A stretch of DNA of 32,000 nucleotides, from NCBI GenBank assembly GCA_964640155.1, contig CAZXEQ010000007.1, positions 120,001-152,000 on the forward strand. Direction: 5' to 3'. Below the pieces are notes generated by a model. The model searched no databases. It was not told the DNA's origin and saw only the letters and a list, made by a program, of their open reading frames with translations. Source of the DNA: an uncultured bacterium. GTDB lineage: Bacteria; Auribacterota; JACPWU01. Within the stretch, counting starts at the first letter, position 1. Every line of letters begins with the position of its first letter. Positions 1-9,000 of the stretch are shown here, piece by piece. Position numbers and translations under genes: made by a program.

Positions 1-1
1 C

Positions 2-3000
2 GAAAAAGTTGCTAGAGGAGATTTTCAGGCTGATGAATGGAATGGTGAGGTTGAAGCAGCTTTTGGAAGGGCTTGGACCATTTTAAGAGAACGTGCAAAA
101 ATTTATGTAATTGAGAGAGAAATGATTAAGGCCATGGAAGTTTATGCTGTAATGGAAGATGTTTTAGCTGATTTTGCTACTTCAACGAATGTTCCTGATA
201 GTGAAAGTATTTCCCAATTGGGCGCTCATTTAAAAGCAGATCTTCAATTTTTGTCGAATGAGTTAGTGTCTTCCATGGATTATATTTGGACTGATTCGAC
301 GGCATTATTAAGATCAGATGAAAATGCTCCTTATCATTTGGCGGCGACTTATTTAAAGATCATTTTGGATGTGAATGCTGGAGTTCAAAGGGGAGAGAGC
401 TTAGGAGGAGCAGGAGTAGATAACTTTATGGGGATATCTTGGACATTACTTAGGAATAGAGCAGCACTTCATGTTCGTCGAGGAGAATTTGATGAAGCTA
501 GGGCTATTTATGCTGTTATGCGAGGAGTGTGTAATAATTTTATAGAATCATTTTACCTCGAAGCTGAGGAAAGACAGGTGCGTGAAGAATTTATTGTTCA
601 AAAATCGTTAGATTTAGATCGCGGTTTAAGCTCCTTAGCTTTGGCTCAAGCCAGAAGAGCCTTGGATGAAGGGAAAACGATTGATGTAATAGCAGATTTT
701 CTTTTGCCTGTGATTACAGCCAGTAAGGACAGTGAACTTATATCGATTCAAACTCAGGCTTCTGATTTTTTAGTTTCTAATTTACAGGAAAAAATGAGTG
801 AGGGGGAAGCTCTTTTTGAAGTAACAGCGCAAGCTTTGTTAACAGGGGATTGGGCTATTGGTGAGGCAAATCTTAAGGTAATAGAGCCAGTATTAAATCT
901 TTTAAATAAAGTAAGGTTGGAGTCTTTGTATGATGGAAAAGTAGATTCTAAAAGAGTAGACGCTTTTAGAGAAAGAGGAGGTGCTTTTAAACAAGCTTTT
1001 GCTTTTGGAAGTACTCGGTTTGCTGAATTAAGAAAGATGACTGATCTTGAGAGAACAATGATCGTGGGGGGATTTGAAGCAGCCAGAGCTTCAATAAACC
1101 AGCTGATATTGGTTTGCAAAGTTTTCCCTGGTGAAGAGGCTTGCTATGCAGAGATTTTGATTGCGGTTTTTGACCAAATCCAACAATTGTATGGAGAGCA
1201 AAATCCAGTTGAAGCATCTAGAATTAGATCCGAAATTCTGGGGACTCAAGAGAGAATAGCTCATGAGAGATCTCAAGATGCAAAACTTCCTGAATGGAAA
1301 AAGTATTTTGAAGAAAATCTTTTGCCGCGTATTTCATTGATTGAAGATTTAAGACGAGTGGTTGCAGCTCAAGGGAGCAGAGAGGATTTGGTGGCAGAGC
1401 AAGTGACTGCTGTGAATACTGTGCTAGTTGCAGAGTTGGCCAATGCACTTCATCATTCAGGATTAGAAACTCTTGCTGGAGAGTTTAGGACAGCTGTATT
1501 TGCTCATTACACAGCTAAAATCGATGAATATTTAACTGCTTCTCCTATCAAAATAGATGAGGCCAAAGAAGCTCTGGCTGTTCTTGAAGCTGTTGATAAA
1601 GAGAATGCAGCTATTGCTGTTTATCGACCAAAGGTGAAGGGAAAAACTCCTGTCCTAGATCCCGTTGAAAGAGCGTGTGCTGCTTTGGATGCAAATTTGA
1701 CGGCTGCTAATATTCAGGCTGTAACAGAAACTTTTGAAGAATATGAATTTGGAGAGAAAGATCTTGAAAGAGTTTTTGATTCTCTGAGTAAAGCTGTGGA
1801 AACCCTTTCGGATATTGAAGAAGTGAGCGAGAGTGATTATTCTGCATTAAAAGCAGGACTTGAATCTGCTGGAAGTAAGATAGAATCAGATAGTCAACTA
1901 GCAACGTGGGCGATAGATGCGGATTCTCCTCTTCGACTTCAAGCTAAGTATTTTCAAACAACTGTTTGGGTGTCAAGTACTCGACGTTTATTAAATCGTT
2001 TTAAGAAATCAAAAAAATTAGATGATTTAAGAGCTCTACTTGATGTTTTAGAACAATATCCTAATAAGAAAGGTAGAGAATTGTTAGGCTTTGCGGAAAG
2101 TTTAGCTGATGTATTAATTGAAAATGGAATAAATCTCAGTTTAGAAGATGGAGTTTCTGCTTTATTTGCTCGAACCTATCAACTGCTGGATGATATCAAT
2201 TCTGTATCTGTAGAGGTGGTGACATATCCGGGTTCATCTTCTAAACCTTCAGGTCTTCCTCCCCTTGAACCTGGAAGTGTTTCTAGCCCATCTTTTTCTA
2301 AAATAAAATCTCCAACAGCTATTTCATTAGATAGAGCAACTTCTTCCCGAAAATTGTCGTCTTCTGCTCTTCCTGCTCTTCCTAAGGGAGAAAAAACTTT
2401 AAAGAGGGCAAAGGTTTCCCTTTTAAATGAACGAAGATGTGAAGTTTTGAAGGGGATAGGGAGTAAAGAATTTTCGGAGATAGCAAGAGTATTTAGTAGA
2501 GGAACATGGGTTATAGAGCGAGGACAAATTAGAAGCTTTGCTAATCTTAATGGCCTATTTCGTGAAGCAAACCCTCCTTTTAATACATTAGGAGAAGTTG
2601 TTACAGATTCGGAAGCGAAAGAGAAAGTTTTTAACATGCTTTCTTCTCTGTTTGTTTCTAGATTGGAAGAAGTATCTGATGAAATAAGTAAAGGGAGTGC
2701 TGAAGTAAAAAAATTAGATCTTGCTGAAAAATTAAGTCTAACTTTTTTAAAGGCTGCTGAAGCTTTTGTTCAAAGATATGAAGTCAGTGGTTTGCCAGCT
2801 AGTCCAAGTCTCGCTGCTTTAAGAGCAGGAATAGCTGAACATCTAAAAAGAGGCATTAGAGATTTAGTGATTGCTTTAGAAGCTCAAGGAGATGAAGCTG
2901 CTATTTTAGATGAAGAAGGAGCAGAAGAGAAAGCAGCAGCATTTTATCAAAGAGCAATGAATCTTTATGAAAAGTTTAATGCTCTTTTGTTGGATGATCA

Positions 3001-6000
3001 GAAACTGGATTTTAGTGACATATTTATTTCACGAGTGAAAAAAGCAAAAGATCTTATTGATCAGGGCAGTATAGATGCAACTAAGTCAGATTCCGCTGAA
3101 AAGTTAAGTCTTCTTCTTTTGAATGCTGCGCGAATCTTTATTGACAGATATGAAGCAAGGGATTTGTCAGCTAGTTCGAGTGTAGTTGCTTTGAGAGCGG
3201 GTATAGCTGAACATTTGAAAGGAAGTGTTAAGGATCTTGCTTTGTATTTTTCTAATGAAGGAGATAGAGCGGCTGCTGTCGGTGGGATAGAGGCTGAAGA
3301 GAGTACAAATCTCCTTTATCAAAGAGCTGTTAATCTTTATGAAAAATTAAATGCTCTTTTGCCAGACGGACAAAAGATAGAAGCCAAAATTATTCGAGCT
3401 CTTAATGCAAAGATGGGAAAAGATTCAGATTGGAATGCAATCGAAACGGAAGCTTTGAGTATCACTGCTTCTCTCACTGCTGATCAAAGAAAAGAAATTT
3501 TGATTTGGGTTCAAGGCTGGATAGCTGAACCAGGAAGAGAAAAGTTTAGAATTCAAAAAGTTTTAGGAGCTGGAGAAAAAGGTCTTGTTTTTTTAATGAC
3601 TCGTCCAGATCTTAAAGGGGGACAAGAAGAAGTTGTTTTAAAGGCAAGTTTTATTGCAGCTGGAGATGAAAGTGTTGAAGTTAAATATGATCGATACTTA
3701 AAAGAATTTTCTAAAGATCCTGCTCTTCCTATCGATCATTTTGTGAGACTGCTGGATGCTGGACATGCTCCTTCTTCTTCTATTGAATGGTCTATTCAAT
3801 CATTTGCTGATGGTTTAGAAGGACCTTTTATCAACGCACAGGAGATGGGGCAGGAAACGGATGATTCTAGGAAGTTTGAGCATGGCAATTCTTTTGAAGG
3901 TCATTCAGTTGTTTATGATACTCGCCCTGATGAACAAATAGATCTTGCGATTCAATTGGCTCAAATTCTTGCTCATTTACAAAAGAAGAACATAGTTCAT
4001 GCAGATTTTCATGAAACCAATATTCAGATAAAAAGAGATTCCTCAGGACGTAGGAGAATTGTTGTCGTTTTGGATCCAGACAATTCGACTGATGTGGATC
4101 CTGATCATCTTTGGACGGTTGTACATATCCCATTAGATGCCTTAGAAAGAAAGGGTGCTTCTAGCCGATTGAGTTTGGTGGGTGTAGACGACAGTATAAA
4201 AGTTGATTTAATTCCTGTGTCTGGCTGTGAGGGTGGTCGTGTAAATGTACATCCTGATCAAAATCTTTTAGTTGTTCAACTTAAGATTTCTAGAGAGAAG
4301 ATGTTGGGGAGAAATAAGGGCTTGCCATTCACATTTACGTTTAATGATAGAGAAAATAAATTTGAGATTACACCTGTTTTACGTAAAAAGACTTCAGATG
4401 AAAAAGCTCAAGCTAACATGGATGTTCAGTCAGGTGTTCGGTTGATGCTTGAGCTATTGACAGGTAGAATTATTGATCCTACGCAGCTTTTCAAAGAAGG
4501 CAGACGTATTTCCTCTATTCAAAAAGACCAAATGCTAAAGCATTGGGCAGAAGTGATGAAAGTGGATATCTCTGCTTTGCCTGCCTCAGTAAGTGAGTTA
4601 GCTCCTAAAATTCTAGATGCAATTTATAAGCTTTATGAAGGCAAATCTACACTTGAGGAATTTGAAGTTGAGATGCGAGCGTTTCTTGCTATTCTTTCTC
4701 CTATTTTAGCTCCTGCTGCAAAGCCTGAAGCACCCAGACCACCACCGCCTGGAGCAAGTGCTCCTCAACCTCCTGTTGAGCCACCATCTCCAGCAGCTCC
4801 TCCTGCTGCACCTGCAACATCTGCTGCCACAGAAGCGGCAACAGATGTGGATACGCTTTTGGATAGGGTAGAGAATGTACTTCAAAGTACAGATTTTGTA
4901 GATTTAGTTGAGATTCGCAATCTTTATGATGGAGAGAAAAGCCCGGTGATGATTCTTAAAGAAGAGACTTTTTCGCCAGAACAAAGAGCACGACTAGAGG
5001 CTTGGCCCTCATTGCTTCATGCTGCTTTTGAGCGTTTTGCTGTAACTACAAATGCACGTAGAGATCCTCATAGCAGAGCCTTAGACGAACTTAATCAAGG
5101 AAAAGCAATACTTGTTTTCTCTACTCTGTTTCGACTTGTAGATTCAATGATAGGTGTTTATGCCCAAGAAGAATTAGATGATTCAACAATCAGGAAGGAA
5201 TCACAGCTTCTTTGGGGAGAATATAATACAAACCATGATTCTGTTTTACAAACTAAAGGACAAACACTCGATGCGGCAACCGAACAAAAACCTTTCTATA
5301 GAATTATAGCAGACTTATATCAAGTTGCTGATAAGACATTACCATCTACAGAAAGAATTGATGCAGCTAGAATTCGTGAGGTCAGAAGACTTGCAGGTTT
5401 AAGAGTCAGTACACCTCCAGCTTCTGTTGCTGCGATTACTTTTACTAGGGGCGCTAAATTTAAGGGAGGTAAAATAGAAAGGACCGTCATTGCAGTAGAA
5501 GGAGACGAAGTTATTTGTTGGGTTAATGAAGATGGAACTGAATATGTCGAAAAAGGCCCTTCTCTGATATTAAGAGAAGCTGTAACAAATGCACGAGCAA
5601 AACTCTTAACCTACGAAGCTTCTACTCCTGCAGCTATTGCAGCAGCTCAACCTGCGATTGAGGTCTATGAAAAGGCAATAGGTGCTAGTGTAAATGTGTG
5701 GGAGGGCAGAGCGGATAATAAGATTTCTTTGGCAGATCTTCAGGGGCTCATCCCAACAGATGATTCATTAGATGCAGGTGATGCAATCATAGATGCACCT
5801 TCGGCTGGGGGTGAACCTGCACTTGCTGTGGGTCCTGCTCCAATGAGAGCGCCGACATATCCTTCTCCAGCGATGCCTGTAGCTGCTACGGGGCCATCAT
5901 CCTCAGCACCTGTTACGCCTCCCACAGCTGCGTCAGCGCTTCCTGAAACAGAGATATCTTTATCAGGAGAGCTTTCTGTATCAGTGGAGGATTTGAAAGG

Positions 6001-9000
6001 AAGGGTTTTAACGCTGACATTAGGAACAAGCAAATATTTCAAAATGGAAGTCAGTGTTGTTTATGATGAAGAGGAAGGTCGATTTATTTTATTTGATGGA
6101 GATGGTAAAGGTAATCATCGGTTTTTAAATGAAGGGGAAGTAATTACTGTAGGGCGTAAAAGAGCAGACTTGGAAACAGTAGGAATTTCAGATTTAGCAG
6201 ATTTTGAAGTTAATAATTCCAGTCTTTCAGAATTTAGGACTCTTATGGCGCATAAACAGATTTCTGTTTCTATTCAAGGAGGAAAACTGATTGTCAAAAG
6301 TATTTCGGACAAAACAACGCTTTATCATGCTGAAACAGTTGTTTTACCTATAGCTCCTTCTATAAAAGATCCAATAACAACGGCAGATGTTGTTCAGGGA
6401 GCAAGCAAACCTTCTCTTAACCATCCTGCATGGAATGAAGATTGTGGTTTTGCAGAAATAATCAATGGCTGGGTTGTGACAGGGGTTTTTGATGGTATGG
6501 GAGGTTATGGTGGTGGAGAGTTAGCTAGCAATATTACACGAATGATTGTGCATGCGGCACTAAAACGGGACTTTTCTTCTGGTGTTAATGAAGACAGTAT
6601 TCCTCAAATTCTTGCCGATGCTTTTTTAAAAGCGCAAGAAATTATTCAATTCATTGTATCTTTGAGAGATTTTCTTCAAAGCACACCTGAGCAACTTTTG
6701 GGTATTGCGGAAGCTATGGAACGAGAGCACGGTGTTAATAAAGACGAGTTTAATGATTTGCTCTTGCGTATTGTCCGAAGGGGAAAACCTATTTCTGAAA
6801 TGGGAACTGCAGCGCTTGTGCATGTCGTAGTTCCTCAAGCTGATGGAACTTCCAATGTTTATCTTATTCAAGCAGGAGATGTTCGTACTTATCTTGTTTC
6901 TTCTGATGAAACTTTTGAACCTCTCACAGTTGATAATATTTCTGGCAGCGACGATGGTTCCCTTAAAACAATTACACTTGAGCAAGTGAGAGAAAAATGG
7001 AAAGCGTCTCATCTGCAGGCTTTAGTTACAGTTGAAACGGATAGAGATTTAGGGGCTTTAGGGCCGATTGAAAGGATTATGTTTAATAGGCGACATACGG
7101 TTGAAAATGTTCTTAAAAGGGATTACAAACCTGTCATAACAGTTGCTAAAGGTGTGAAAGGAATACTTTTGACAATGACGGATGGTGGACATGACCCGTT
7201 GATTGATCGTGTAATCGAAGAAGAGTTTAAGGCAGGATCCATTGCTGAAGCTCCTCAAAGAATTCTTCGTCGAGCAAGAAGTGTGAAAACAGGTCCTCGG
7301 GCTAAAGACGATGATGCTCTCATTATGGTAACCCAAATGCCAGAAGTTGTTGCAAAATCTGCTTCTGCTTCGGCCGGCCCGTCAGCAGGTGCGCCAGCCC
7401 CAGCTTCAGCACTGGTTGCTGCGCCTACATCTGCTGCTCCTCTTCAAGTAAACGTCGGAGATGTTTTCCTGGCTATAACAGGGTTGAGGCGCGTGGTTGT
7501 TCGAAAAGATGGTGATGCTCTTTATTGTATAACCACGAATGGAAGCAATATTTATTTAGAATCATTGGATGTTGCAAAGATTAGATCAGATGTTAATACA
7601 AAGTTTCTTGCACCTGCTACCTCTAATACTACTGATCAAGAGCATATTGACAACGCTTTAAAACCAGGAAATGTTTTTAGCAATGCAACAACCAATGAAC
7701 ATCTTATTCTGGTCTCAGAAGATCGAACAACAGGCGCGATGTTTTTCTTAAAAATTGTGGGAGATTTAACAGATTTGAGTGCTGTAGATACGGCTACAAT
7801 TGAAACGGGCTTAACTATCAATGATGTTTTAGGTAAAGCTTGGGCTTATAACAAAGATGTAAGTGCGAACCCCACTTTGGGTGTAGAGGTGGCGAAAGTT
7901 ACTGGGGCGATAAATAAGCTTGAGGCTGCAGGTGCTACAGTTGTAAGTGGTAGCGTATGGCTTGATTTAGAGAGACAATCCCTGGGGATTGATTTTAAAA
8001 ATTATAATCAAGGAGATGTCATTATTGATCCCAATGTTTCAGATAATGAAGGTAGAAAAATAGGAGATTCTTATCTTTTTATTATGGAAGATGGAGATAA
8101 TGCTATTTTTTATTCTTTCGGGAAAAAACAACTTATTCATATTTCAAAGGTAGAAGTTATAGAGGGAATTAAATCTAAAAATCTTCAATATAATCATCGA
8201 GATCAAAGCCGAGCTGCTCATGAAAAAATGGCGAAAGATTTTGAGCCATTTCTACGGACGATAAATACTATTCCTCTTACAGATATTCAAGATGAAATTA
8301 TTCCTCAAAGCAATACGATCAAAATAGATCCTAGACAATTGGGTAGAGACCGTTTTATGACTTTAACTATTCCTGGTAGAAATCCAGGAGAAACCGAAGA
8401 ATATTGTTTAATGTATGATGTTCGAGTGGACAAAGTGATCGTTTGTCCCTTCTTTAAGACGGGTCTTAAACAATGGGCTTATTTACAGCCTGGATCTAGT
8501 CCAAAATATAAACAGACAAAAACTCCCAGTTTTATGAATCATGTGGAAAAGCAAATTACTCTTTTTAGAGATGTAAATGGTCAATTAGTTATTCGGGCTT
8601 TATCTGCGGACATTTCTCTTCAGGTTTATCCGGGTGCATCAAATGCTCTTAATATGCATGTGGGAAAAGAGGTGGTTTCTGATGGGAATGAAAAAGCTTA
8701 TGCAGAACAAGCTGCTCGTTACCATGCTTATCAGAGTGAAGATGCCTTTTTTACTTTATTTTTACGCCGAGCTGCTGTTTTAGGTCTTTGTGATGGAGTC
8801 GGAGGGCGTGATGCTGGAAATATTGCTAGCCAGGTGGCGAGTCTTTTAATCCAGGCTTCTATCAAAGATTTTATGAGTGCTCATGAAGGTACAGGTCGTC
8901 CGTTAACAAACAAAGATATAAAAAATTGCTTAACTCTGGCAATTCAATTTGCAGATAGAAAAATTTTTGAATTATCCCAAATTGAAATTAGCGATATTGA

